Positions 50,754 to 60,537 of a stretch of 64,000 nt of DNA are shown one piece after another. This DNA is from Candidatus Woesebacteria bacterium GW2011_GWF1_31_35. GTDB lineage: Bacteria > Patescibacteriota > Microgenomatia > UBA8517. The stretch covers positions 129,754 through 193,753 of the forward strand of contig CP011214.1 of NCBI GenBank assembly GCA_001029755.1, in the 5' to 3' direction. A program made the position numbers and the translations under genes. Position 1 is the first letter of the stretch. Each line of letters starts with the position of its first letter. The notes under the pieces are model-generated. The model was not told the origin of the DNA and searched no databases. It saw only the letters and a program-made list of their open reading frames with translations.

Positions 50754-52446
50754 TTTGGGCAAGTTTAAGATAAATCCGGACCACGCCAGAACCAACTTTC
50801 TCTTGTTTAATTATTTTAGCACGCCCAAGTTCATTTGTGTTTCCAACATGGGGTCCACCACAAACTTCTCTACTAAAATCTCCTATACTGTAAACCTTAA
50901 CTTTTTCTCCATATTTTCCATCAAAAAAGTGAAGTGCACCTAAAGATTTAGCTTCATTTAAACTCATTTCAGAAAAAGAAATTGGAAGAGAAGAATTAAT
51001 TTGTTTATTCATTAATTCTTCAACTTTTTCTAATTCTTCATCTGTAAGTTTTTCAGGATATGAAAAATCAAACCTTAATCTTTCTGATGTAATATGACTT
51101 CCCTTCTGGGTTACACCGTTTCCTAGTATTTCTCTTAGAGAGGCATGTAATACATGTGTAGCTGTATGAAGTTTAGTTGTTTCTTCATTATGATCAGCTA
51201 AACCTCCTTTAAACATTCCAACACTTGTCGATCTTGACATTTCTTTATGTTTCTCAAATTCCTTTTTAAATTCTTTCATGTCAACTTTTTGACCTTTTTC
51301 TTCAAAAAGTTCAATTGTTAATTCAATTGGGAAACCATAAGTCTGGTATAAATCAAAAGCTAATTTTCCATTAATTTTTTCTATTTTTTCAACTTCTTTT
51401 AAACCTTTTTCTAGAGTACTTTTAAACTTTACCAATTCTTCCAAAATCACTTTATTTTTTGTAAGTAACTCAAAATTATTTAATTTTGTAGCAATTTTTC
51501 TTATTAGTCTTCTTAATATATACCCTTGTTGTTTATTTGAGGGAACCACCCCGTTTTTTGTTAAGGCTTCTGACGCTCTTAAATGATCAGCAATAATTCT
51601 GAAATTTTTAATATTTTTTTCATATGTACTATTTGTTATTTCTTCAAGTTTATTAATTGTTTTATTAAAAATATCTGTCTTAAAAACATCAGGATTATTG
51701 TTTAATGCAGCAGAAATTCGTTCCAATCCTCCTCCAAAATCAACATTTTTTTGTGGTAATTCTTCCAAACTTCCATCAGCTTTTTTTCTATATTGGATAA
51801 AAACGGAATTACCTATTTCTAAAAATCTTCCACAATCACAATTAGGATGACATTTTTCACCAAATTTTTTATCATGTTTAATAGAATCAAATTCAAAAAA
51901 TATTTCAGAATCTGGTCCTCCTATTTCGCCCTCTGGCATTTGGTTAGGAGTTCCACTCCTACTCCACCAATTTTTATCTACACCATAAGAAAAAATGTGA
52001 TCATCAGAAAGTCCCAAGCTTTTCCAGATATTAAAAGACTCAGTATCTTCTGGTACTTCGAGTGATCCTTCAAAGAAGGAAACATAAAGTTTTTCTTTAG
52101 GCAATTCCAATTCTTTAGTTAAAAATTCCCAAATCCAAGATAATTGTTCCTTTTTAAAATAATCTCCCAAACTCCAATTTCCCAGCATCTCAAAATATGT
52201 TAGGTGTCTATTATCTCCAACTTCATCAATATCCACAGTTCTTATAGAAGGTTGATAATCTACTAATCTTTTTCCCATTGGATGCTTTTCTCCCATCAGA
52301 TAAGGAACCAAAGGTTGCATCCCAGAAGATGTAAAAAGTGTTGTCGGATCATTTTCCAAAACAAGTGGAGCAGGAGGAATAATTACACTTCCCTTTTTTT
52401 CAAAAAAATTTAAATACTTTTCTCTTATTTGATTCGAAGTTATCAT
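50743..52446 (-). CDS. alaS: alanine--tRNA ligase, short form (catalytic plus editing domains, no C-Ala domain)
   Basis: N-terminal FTSSGM, YFEMLGNWSLGDYFK. Editing HTATHVLH and CGGPHV. 567 aa. Confidence 0.9.
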   Translation of the reverse strand: MITSNQIREKYLNFFEKKGSVIIPPAPLVLENDPTTLFTSSGMQPLVPYLMGEKHPMGKRLVDYQPSIRTVDIDEVGDNRHLTYFEMLGNWSLGDYFKKEQLSWIWEFLTKELELPKEKLYVSFFEGSLEVPEDTESFNIWKSLGLSDDHIFSYGVDKNWWSRSGTPNQMPEGEIGGPDSEIFFEFDSIKHDKKFGEKCHPNCDCGRFLEIGNSVFIQYRKKADGSLEELPQKNVDFGGGLERISAALNNNPDVFKTDIFNKTINKLEEITNSTYEKNIKNFRIIADHLRASEALTKNGVVPSNKQQGYILRRLIRKIATKLNNFELLTKNKVILEELVKFKSTLEKGLKEVEKIEKINGKLAFDLYQTYGFPIELTIELFEEKGQKVDMKEFKKEFEKHKEMSRSTSVGMFKGGLADHNEETTKLHTATHVLHASLREILGNGVTQKGSHITSERLRFDFSYPEKLTDEELEKVEELMNKQINSSLPISFSEMSLNEAKSLGALHFFDGKYGEKVKVYSIGDFSREVCGGPHVGNTNELGRAKIIKQEKVGSGVVRIYLKLAQNGH

Positions 52447-52469
52447 GCCTCAAATTATATCAGATTAGA

Positions 52470-52706
52470 TTATTCTTGTCCGTGTGTTTGAAGAGATTTA
52501 TTTTTCTTTAAGATTTCCATTATCCCAGTTAATTTGTCAGGACGAATCAAGCCACCTCCTAATATTGCATCTTCCAAAATAGAATTTAATCTTTTTATTG
52601 CTTTTCTTAAATCTAAAATGATAAAAACAACCTGTGCCCCAACAACCACCAATAAAACCGTTAAAGTTATCACGACTATGACTAAAAGTCTTTGTACAGA
52701 ATCCAT
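52470..52706 (-). CDS. small membrane protein (78 aa)
   Basis: Single TM helix plus amphipathic tail. Confidence 0.45.
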   Translation of the reverse strand: MDSVQRLLVIVVITLTVLLVVVGAQVVFIILDLRKAIKRLNSILEDAILGGGLIRPDKLTGIMEILKKNKSLQTHGQE

Positions 52707-52718
52707 AATTATTATTTT

Positions 52719-53342
52719 TTAAAAATCTACCTTTATATTACGACTTATCTGGGTTACTTTTCCAGACCTAGATGTTGCAATAAATTTTAAATCTTTCGTT
52801 TCTTTCATAATTTCTATTTCTCCAACAAAATTACCATCTTGATCAACAATAATTGGTTGATTATTTACTGTAATTTTAACATCAGTTGCGGTTTTTCCCT
52901 TAACTTGTACCTTGCTGGACAATACAATTTGATTTTCGATAGGAGTTGTAATTTCTAAAGTTGGTGAACTTTTAAATTTTGAATATTCAAATCCTAAATA
53001 TCCTAAAACCATCAAAATTAATACTCCAATTCCAACTAAAAAAGTTAACTTTGGAGACCAAGTAAACTTGGATCCAATATCTGGCTTTGGATTTATGTAA
53101 AGTTTTTTAGGAGGATAGTCACGTCTTAAAACTGCGTTTGCGTTTTGTAAATTAACATCTAATGTCACTGCTAAATTTTTTACAAAACCTGAAACTATTG
53201 GGAAATCAGGTAATTTATCCCAATCATTTTTTTCAATTAATACAATAAATTCACGTTTAATTTTTGTTAAATTTTCAAGTTTTAAAAGAGAAAATTTTTT
53301 CTTTAATCTAGCCTCCTTTAAAATCTGACCGACTGTTTTCAT
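52719..53342 (-). CDS. RodZ-like cytoskeleton protein (XRE HTH, TM, C-terminal beta domain)
   Basis: N-terminal HTH (LGQILKEARLKKKFSL), LPDFPIVSGFVKNLA, a mid TM and a C-terminal domain. Confidence 0.6.
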   Translation of the reverse strand: MKTVGQILKEARLKKKFSLLKLENLTKIKREFIVLIEKNDWDKLPDFPIVSGFVKNLAVTLDVNLQNANAVLRRDYPPKKLYINPKPDIGSKFTWSPKLTFLVGIGVLILMVLGYLGFEYSKFKSSPTLEITTPIENQIVLSSKVQVKGKTATDVKITVNNQPIIVDQDGNFVGEIEIMKETKDLKFIATSRSGKVTQISRNIKVDF

Positions 53343-53344
53343 TT

Positions 53345-55444
53345 TTATTTTGTAAGTGAAGAAAGAAATTCTGCAGCGTCTTTAATTAACACCTTTCTTG
53401 GTTTTGAACTACCATCAGATATTTCAATAACACCTGCACTTTCAAGTTGATCAATAACCCTTGCAGCCCTGGCATAACCAATTGACAATCTTCTTTGTAA
53501 TAAAGATGCAGAAGCTCTTTCATATTGGCAAACAACTTTAATAGCTTCAGCAAAAAGTTCATCTGTATCTCCAACAACACCTGGAATAGCGGGATGGCCT
53601 GATTTGGTCATTGTTGTAACTTCCTCGGTATATTGGACAGGAACGCCCTGGTTCTTAATAAATCCTACAAGTTTTTTGATTTCATCATCAGTTACAAATG
53701 CACCCTGAATTCTTGCAGGTTTAGCTTGATCAGGAGGAAGGAAAAGCATGTCCCCCTTACCTAATAACTTTTCAGCTCCTTGGGTATCGAGTATTACTCT
53801 TGAATCAACTTGTGAAGAAACAGCAAATGCAATTCTACATGGAATATTTGCTTTGATTAAACCAGTAATAACATCAACCGAAGGCCTTTGTGTTGCTAAG
53901 ACCATATGAATTCCTGTGGCACGGCTCATTTGAGCAATTCTTGTAATTGCATCTTCAACTTCAACAGGAGAAAGAAGCATGACATCAGCAAGTTCATCAA
54001 TTAATAAAACAATGTATGGAAGAGCTTGAAAACCACTCATTTCATTATAAGAATCAATATTTCTAGCTCCTGCTTGAGCAAAAAGTGTATATCTTCTATC
54101 CATTTCGCGCATTAGCCATCTTAGGGCCGAGATAACTTTACCTGGATCAACAATTACAGGAGAAAGAAGATGTGGAATATCGTTATATCCAGTAAGTTCA
54201 ACTCTTTTTGGATCAACCATTATAAATTTAACTTCAGAAGGGGAAGCTCTAAAAAGAATTGATGCTAAAAAGGTATTAATACAAACAGATTTTCCAGACC
54301 CAGTTTGACCTGCAATTAAAACATGGGGCATTTTGTTAATATCAGCAATAACTGGTTTCCCTGAAACGTCAAGACCTAAGGTTACTGCAAGCTTAGATTT
54401 TTTAGATTGCATCACCTCAGATTCTAAAATTCCCTTAATAGGTACAAATTCAGGAGCTTTATTGGGAAGTTCAATCCCAACTAAGTTTCTTCCTGGAATT
54501 GGAGCTTCAATTCTAATAGTTCCAGTAGGAGCTGATAGGGCAAGAGCTAAATCTCTTTCTAATGCCGTAATTTTAGATAGTTTTGTTCCAAGTGCTACTT
54601 GAATTGCATACTGGGTGACAGCCGGGCCTAAATTAACTTCAACAATGTGGGCTGAAATTCCAAATGATTCAAGAGTTTTTTCAATAATATCAGCGTTTCC
54701 ATTAATATCCCCTCTGTCAACTTTTCCAATTTGTTCACCAGAAAAAATATCAATTGGTGGATATTTCCAAATAGCATCCTCACCACGAATATTACTAACA
54801 AGTTTTTCTTCTAATTCTTCTTTTGGTTTTTCAGAAAGGTTCGATTTACCAACATTTGCATTTGGTGAATTTGACGTAACTCCTGAAATTTTAAAATCTT
54901 TCCTGCCTGAAATTCTTCCACCACCTGCTGATTTTTGTCCAAAAATAAAAACTGAGATTTGCCCCCAAACAACCTTTACTATCTTAAATACTTGATCAAA
55001 AGAAGTATTAAAAAGAATTATTAATCCAGTTATAAAAATACCAAAAAGAACTATAAAAGCTCCAGCTGGAGTAACCAAGGTTGAAATACTATCCCAAAAA
55101 GTTAAACCTAATATACCCGATCTTCCAATTGATGCAATTGATAAAAAAATTAAAATTGATCCAATTATTACGTTTGGTTGAGAAAGAGGTACTTTAATTT
55201 TACTCATTAAAAAAGCAAAAGATAAAAAGATGAAGGGAAGAAATATGGTAGCCCAGCCAAAGACCATCATCATTATATCGTTGAATTTATATAAAATAAG
55301 GCCACGACGAGAAAAAGAAATAATAATTAAAAAAGCTACCGCAAAGAAGAAAACTTGGGCAATAGAAGACATTGTTTGAGGTTTAAGTTTTAACTTAAAA
55401 GACCTTCTATCAAATCTTTTTTTTCTTTTACTTCCCATAGGCAA
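53345..55444 (-). CDS. ftsK: DNA translocase FtsK/SpoIIIE
   Basis: N-terminal 4-5 TM. Motor domain GQTGSGKS. C-terminal gamma wHTH LLQRRLSIGYARAARVID. Confidence 0.9.
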   Translation of the reverse strand: MPMGSKRKKRFDRRSFKLKLKPQTMSSIAQVFFFAVAFLIIISFSRRGLILYKFNDIMMMVFGWATIFLPFIFLSFAFLMSKIKVPLSQPNVIIGSILIFLSIASIGRSGILGLTFWDSISTLVTPAGAFIVLFGIFITGLIILFNTSFDQVFKIVKVVWGQISVFIFGQKSAGGGRISGRKDFKISGVTSNSPNANVGKSNLSEKPKEELEEKLVSNIRGEDAIWKYPPIDIFSGEQIGKVDRGDINGNADIIEKTLESFGISAHIVEVNLGPAVTQYAIQVALGTKLSKITALERDLALALSAPTGTIRIEAPIPGRNLVGIELPNKAPEFVPIKGILESEVMQSKKSKLAVTLGLDVSGKPVIADINKMPHVLIAGQTGSGKSVCINTFLASILFRASPSEVKFIMVDPKRVELTGYNDIPHLLSPVIVDPGKVISALRWLMREMDRRYTLFAQAGARNIDSYNEMSGFQALPYIVLLIDELADVMLLSPVEVEDAITRIAQMSRATGIHMVLATQRPSVDVITGLIKANIPCRIAFAVSSQVDSRVILDTQGAEKLLGKGDMLFLPPDQAKPARIQGAFVTDDEIKKLVGFIKNQGVPVQYTEEVTTMTKSGHPAIPGVVGDTDELFAEAIKVVCQYERASASLLQRRLSIGYARAARVIDQLESAGVIEISDGSSKPRKVLIKDAAEFLSSLTK

Positions 55445-55544
55445 GATTCATTATATACAATGAAATACGTTGTGACCAGTTATACTTCATAATATCGATA
55501 AATTTTAAAGGTAGATTAATCTTATTTTTGGTATACTCTAACTT

Positions 55545-56282
55545 ATGGAAAATAATAATTTTGATCAATCAAGAGAACAGAAAATAATAAAAACTCCTGA
55601 AAAATGGGGTTTTAAAGATGAATTCAAAGAATATTTATTATTACTGGCATCAAAAGGACCAATTGCATTGGAAGCTTCAAAAAAATATCCAGAAAGTATT
55701 GAGTTAAGTCAAAATTTTCATGAAACTCTAAATAAAATGAGGGTAGACACTAAAGATGGCTTTGAAAGATGGGCATTTATGGGAATAAAAGAAGACAAAA
55801 GATCAATATTATTACCAACAATACCTATCAAAGGAGCAAAAGATCATGTACCCTCAAAAACAATGGTTAAAATGATAAATTGGGCAAAAACAAAATTTGG
55901 AATAATCAATATATTTGGAGATATTCATTCACACCCATCTGGTAGACTACATTTAATTGATCATAAAATACCTTTCAGAAACAAACATAAGTTAATAGAG
56001 GGTTTTTCATTTGGAGATCTCTATGGTTTGATAGCTCAACGTGACAGGTATTTAATGATGGTAGTTTCTGGTGATTTCAATATACTTGCATGTAAGGCTA
56101 AAGAGAGTCAAGAATTAAAAGTAGGATCAATCTTTACTCAAAATGAATTCGAAATACTTTGGAAGAAAAAAATGGGCTTTTCAGACTATTTAGAAATTAA
56201 TTTAGCGATAGCAGAAAAACATAAATTGGTTATATATCAGGGCAGAAAAAATAAACGGTTGACAAAAATATTTCCAAAATAA
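55545..56282 (+). CDS. hypothetical protein with JAB/MPN (JAMM)-like metal motif
   Basis: E...IHSHPSG ... SFGD, an H-x-H ... S-x-x-D arrangement with an insertion. Lone plus-strand gene. Its stop lies 6 nt from the convergent rnj stop. Confidence 0.45.
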   Translation: MENNNFDQSREQKIIKTPEKWGFKDEFKEYLLLLASKGPIALEASKKYPESIELSQNFHETLNKMRVDTKDGFERWAFMGIKEDKRSILLPTIPIKGAKDHVPSKTMVKMINWAKTKFGIINIFGDIHSHPSGRLHLIDHKIPFRNKHKLIEGFSFGDLYGLIAQRDRYLMMVVSGDFNILACKAKESQELKVGSIFTQNEFEILWKKKMGFSDYLEINLAIAEKHKLVIYQGRKNKRLTKIFPK

Positions 56283-56288
56283 TTAAAT

Positions 56289-57938
56289 TTATACCTCTAC
56301 CACCACAGGAAGAATCATTGGGCTTCTACCAGTTGCTTTGAAGAAATAATTTTCTAAAAATCTAGTAGATTCCTCTTTTAATATTTTTGTATTTAAATTT
56401 TTTCTATTTCCCACTATTGCCATTAACCTTTGAGTTGCGTCGTTTATAAGTCCTCCACTAATTCCTTCAAATACAAATCCTCGACTTACTATCTCAGGTT
56501 TTCCTAAAACTTTTCCTTGTTTTGTTGCCTTAAATACAACCACAACCATACCTTGTTTTCCAAGTAAGGTTCTGTCTCCTAGTACAACTTTGCCGATATC
56601 CCCAATTCCAAGGCCGTGAACCATGACTTCTTTTACTGGTATCTTTTCTCCTCTTCTTGCGTTCCCATTCTCAAAAACCACGCCTTCACCTGGTTTTAGT
56701 TTAAACACGTTTTGTTTACTTCTACCTGTTTCAACAACTAGTTTTTCATAAGCATGCATATATCTTATTGTTCCGCCCGTTGGAATAAAATATTTTGGAT
56801 TTGCAATATCAAAAAGCATTTTAATGTCTTCTTGTCCACCATGACCTGATACGTGAAGTCCTTCTTTTAATTCGTAATAATGAACATCAACTCCTTTATC
56901 AATTAACTCGTCTATCACAAAATCCTGACTTTCTTTACTATATGGTGGGGCAGGATCTGCTGAAAAAATAAATGTATCGTTAGTTGAAACACTTAACCTA
57001 TCATCATCACCAGTTGCTAACCTATAGACAGAACTTCCAATTTGCCCATAACAACCTGCAATTATATAAAGCAAATCTTTAGGTTGAAGTTTTTTAGATT
57101 GTTTAATATCAACAACTTGATTATCTAAATATTTTAAATAACCTAGTTTATGAGCTGATTCTGTTTTATTTTGGATTGATCTTCCCACAAAAACAACTTT
57201 TCTTCGCAGTTTAGAAGCAACATTAATCATCTGTTGAAATCTTCCAATACTTGAGGACATGGCAGAGATATAAACTGCACCTTTTGCTGTTTGGGCAATT
57301 TTATACATAATATCTTCAATTTCTGTTCCACTAGGAGTAAATCCTGGACCATTTGACCCCAAACAATCAGAAATTAAACACAAGACTCCGCTTCCTGCTA
57401 ATGTTTTGGCCTTTTGAATATCAAAAGACATCCCATCTACTGATTTTTGATCAATTTTATGTTCTGGGACATGCATTATTTTGCCTTCAGGAGTCTCTAT
57501 CAAAAAACCCACTGTATCGGGAACTGAGTGAGAAACTCTAAACGGGGTTATTTTAAATGATCCAATTTCAAAAACAGCTGTGTCGGGATTAAAGGTGTTT
57601 ATTTTAATGTCACCTAAATTTAAATCATTGTCTTTAAATTTTTCTTCAATAAATTCAGTAACTAAAGGGGCACACCAAATTGGTGCATTAACTTCACGAA
57701 GTAAAAATGGAAGTGCTCCAATATGATCTTCATGACCCTGAGAAAGAACGATTCCCTTTAGTTTATGTTTGTTTTTAACAATATATGAAAAATCAGGTAT
57801 AACAAGGTCCACCCCAGGCATTTCTAAATCAGGAAATCCTACCCCACAATCAACAATGATCATTTCGTCCTTGTACTCATGGACATATAAGTTTTCTGTG
57901 ACTCCTGTAGTACCTGAGAGGGCTATAAATTTAAGCAT
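56289..57938 (-). CDS. rnj: ribonuclease J
   Basis: Metallo-beta-lactamase HEDHIG, beta-CASP and C-terminal domain, 549 aa. Confidence 0.9.
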   Translation of the reverse strand: MLKFIALSGTTGVTENLYVHEYKDEMIIVDCGVGFPDLEMPGVDLVIPDFSYIVKNKHKLKGIVLSQGHEDHIGALPFLLREVNAPIWCAPLVTEFIEEKFKDNDLNLGDIKINTFNPDTAVFEIGSFKITPFRVSHSVPDTVGFLIETPEGKIMHVPEHKIDQKSVDGMSFDIQKAKTLAGSGVLCLISDCLGSNGPGFTPSGTEIEDIMYKIAQTAKGAVYISAMSSSIGRFQQMINVASKLRRKVVFVGRSIQNKTESAHKLGYLKYLDNQVVDIKQSKKLQPKDLLYIIAGCYGQIGSSVYRLATGDDDRLSVSTNDTFIFSADPAPPYSKESQDFVIDELIDKGVDVHYYELKEGLHVSGHGGQEDIKMLFDIANPKYFIPTGGTIRYMHAYEKLVVETGRSKQNVFKLKPGEGVVFENGNARRGEKIPVKEVMVHGLGIGDIGKVVLGDRTLLGKQGMVVVVFKATKQGKVLGKPEIVSRGFVFEGISGGLINDATQRLMAIVGNRKNLNTKILKEESTRFLENYFFKATGRSPMILPVVVEV

Positions 57939-57943
57939 ATTTT

Positions 57944-58561
57944 TTATAATAATTTAATTTGTTCAACCTCCACTTTATCATTTTCTACTCTTAAAGTCTC
58001 AGTCAAAATACTTTTTAAATTCAAAAAGTCTTGCTTTTCAGCTTCTAATATATTCCCATTTCGTAAGGATGCAGCAGGATGATACATAGGAATAACAACT
58101 ATCTTTTTGTCTTTAAATAAAATTTCAAATTTTTTTCCATGAACATTACTAATAAACACATTTGATAAAAACTTAGCCATTGAAAAACGCCCAAGAGTAA
58201 TTATTATTTTTGGATCAATAATTTCAATAATTTTATCTAAGTATTTCCCATAAGAAATAATTTCTTCAGGAAGAGGATCTCTATTTTCAGGTGGTCTATG
58301 GTGAACAATATTTGTAATAAATATATCTTTTCTCTCAATTTCTGCTAGAAAAAACAATTTATCAAGAAGTTTTCCAGCCTGTCCAACAAACGGTAAACCT
58401 TGAATGTCTTCCGTCCTTCCGGGACCTTCTCCGACAGCTAATATATTAGCCTTAGTATTACCAGATCCAAAAACCAATTTATTTGCACCCTTTTTAAGAG
58501 GAAGTGATTCATCTTTTTCCATCTCATCTTTAAGATTATGAAGTTTTTCTTTTTTAGTCAT
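57944..58561 (-). CDS. uracil-DNA glycosylase, family 4
   Basis: GEGPG motif, FVGQAGKLL, HP motif. Confidence 0.85.
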   Translation of the reverse strand: MTKKEKLHNLKDEMEKDESLPLKKGANKLVFGSGNTKANILAVGEGPGRTEDIQGLPFVGQAGKLLDKLFFLAEIERKDIFITNIVHHRPPENRDPLPEEIISYGKYLDKIIEIIDPKIIITLGRFSMAKFLSNVFISNVHGKKFEILFKDKKIVVIPMYHPAASLRNGNILEAEKQDFLNLKSILTETLRVENDKVEVEQIKLL

Positions 58562-58575
58562 TCTTTAATTATTCA

Positions 58576-59019
58576 TTAATTATTTATAAACTCTATTTTA
58601 TCTGTAACAGTATCATAAACTGCAAAAGAAATATTATTTTCTAAAGCTCCCGGTCTTACAATTTTAACTCCATCTATTTCCCACATTTTTTGTGAATGTA
58701 AATGTCCTGTAAAACAAACATCTTTTCCAATATATTTTTTATCATTTTTTAAAAATTTATGAACAATATAAATTTTTTTGCCATCTAATTCAATCTCTAA
58801 ATATTCTTTAAATTTTTCCTTCATTAAAGGGTCAATATCTGCATTACCTAGACATGAATATAATGGAATTTTATATTCCAATACCGTTTTCACACTTTCT
58901 AAATTATCCCAATCTCCAGTGTGAATTATCGCTCCTACATTAATAGATTTTGCAAAACACATTACATGTTTTAAATTTGAAATGTTTCCATGTGAGTCAC
59001 CAATAACAAAAATTTTCAT
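58576..59019 (-). CDS. metallophosphoesterase (YfcE-like)
   Basis: GDSHGN, GDW..., GHLH motifs. Confidence 0.8.
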   Translation of the reverse strand: MKIFVIGDSHGNISNLKHVMCFAKSINVGAIIHTGDWDNLESVKTVLEYKIPLYSCLGNADIDPLMKEKFKEYLEIELDGKKIYIVHKFLKNDKKYIGKDVCFTGHLHSQKMWEIDGVKIVRPGALENNISFAVYDTVTDKIEFINN

Positions 59020-59411
59020 TTCAAATCAGGATTTTTACAAAATTCAGTTTCCAGCATTAAACTTTCATCTGAAAAATTTATTGAAGTCCTTTCTTGTTTT
59101 AATTCTATTGCTAATTCTCCTATAAATTTAATAAATGACTCTTTAAATTTATTTTCAACGACTGAAAAACGAGGATAAATAGATGTCCAAATTAAAACGG
59201 CATCTTCTTCATAATTTTTATCTTTCCCGGCAACTAAAATTTTGGTTGGCGTTATTGTACCTGAAAAAATATAATCAATTCGTTCAGATACATGTTTTAT
59301 TGCTTCTTCAATTGTATTAATGTTGATATTTTCACTTTGATATCCAGCTTTTAAACCCACTAATGCCGAGGCTTCAAAAAATTCAATATTTAAACCAGTT
59401 TTATATGACAT
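59016..59411 (-). CDS. hypothetical protein (131 aa)
   Basis: Translationally coupled (4-nt overlap) to the phosphoesterase. No family recognised. Confidence 0.5.
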   Translation of the reverse strand: MSYKTGLNIEFFEASALVGLKAGYQSENININTIEEAIKHVSERIDYIFSGTITPTKILVAGKDKNYEEDAVLIWTSIYPRFSVVENKFKESFIKFIGELAIELKQERTSINFSDESLMLETEFCKNPDLK

Positions 59412-59430
59412 GAGGCAATTTTAACACAAT

Positions 59431-60480
59431 TTACAAAGGAAGAAATTCTTTAATATTTTGGAGTGTTACAGTAAAAGAAGTTCCTTTACCTTCAACAATT
59501 AATCTTGCAACTTTTCTAACAACTCCTTCAATTGTTCTCTCCATCGTACGAATTCCAGCATCATAGCCTAAAGGTCTAACTAAACTAACCCAAACGTCAT
59601 CATCAATTTTTAAAGTTTCAGAGGGAATTCCTGCAGCTTTCATTGCTTTTGGAAACACATACTTTTGTCCTATGGTTATTTTTTCTTGATCAGTATAACT
59701 AGGCATCATAATGGGTTCTAATCTATCCATAACAGCCGTTGAAATACTTGTTGTGTTATTTGCAGTTGCTATAAAAATGCATTCTGAAAGATCAAAAGGA
59801 TAATCAATATAGTGATCAGAAAAAGCATGATTTTGACCAGGATCCAAAAGTTCTACTAAGACTCCCATAATTGATGCCCTTCCAATATCAGTTACCCTGT
59901 CAATTTCATCTAAAAGTATTACAGAATTTTTAAATTGTGTAGTTCGAAGTGCCTTAATAATTTTTCCAGGCTCTGCCTCTGGATGCATTTTGGATTGACC
60001 ACGAAGATCCAATGGATCTCCCATGCCACCAAATGGGATTCTAGCAATTTTTCTTCCCAGTGCCTCTGCAATTGAATATGCTATTGTAGTTTTTCCTGTT
60101 CCAACCAAACCTACAAAACAAAGAATTGGCGCCCTATAAATATCTTCACCTTCATTTTTTTCTTGTTTTAATTTCATAACTGAAATATATTCTAAAATTC
60201 TATCTTTAATTTCTTCTAAGCCAAAATGATTAATGTCTAATATCTTTTTAGCATTAATAAGATCAAGATTATCTTTGGATTTCTTATTCCAAGGAAGACT
60301 TACAATCCAATCAATATATTTATTCATTCTGTCGTACTCAGGCAAAAAAGTTGGAGAATTTGTCAATTTTTTAAGTTGTTCTAACCTAATTTGTACACTT
60401 GACTTTAAATCATCAGGAATTGTTGATTTAGTAATTTTATCTGAAAGAATATCAATTTCATTAAAGGCAGTGTCTGGCAT
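59431..60480 (-). CDS. Lon-like AAA+ ATPase module without N-domain and without protease domain
   Basis: Aligns to Lon residues around 270-600 with E. coli numbering, ending right after the alpha-helical lid. Motifs: LPWNKKSKDNLDL, HFGLEEIKDRILEYI, Walker A GLVGTGKTT, Walker B LLDEIDR, SDHYIDYPFDLS. No PKDGPSAG/Ser-Lys dyad region follows. Confidence 0.75.
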   Translation of the reverse strand: MPDTAFNEIDILSDKITKSTIPDDLKSSVQIRLEQLKKLTNSPTFLPEYDRMNKYIDWIVSLPWNKKSKDNLDLINAKKILDINHFGLEEIKDRILEYISVMKLKQEKNEGEDIYRAPILCFVGLVGTGKTTIAYSIAEALGRKIARIPFGGMGDPLDLRGQSKMHPEAEPGKIIKALRTTQFKNSVILLDEIDRVTDIGRASIMGVLVELLDPGQNHAFSDHYIDYPFDLSECIFIATANNTTSISTAVMDRLEPIMMPSYTDQEKITIGQKYVFPKAMKAAGIPSETLKIDDDVWVSLVRPLGYDAGIRTMERTIEGVVRKVARLIVEGKGTSFTVTLQNIKEFLPL

Positions 60481-60537
60481 AATTAAAGTATATCAAGTGA
60501 AAAAGTTAGAACAAGTAATATTAATGAAGCTATCAAA

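Noticed and set aside
48660-50795. The 711-aa protein as a sortase substrate
   Set aside because: There is no C-terminal LPXTG/LAXTG motif with a hydrophobic tail. It is kept as a coupled membrane protein instead.
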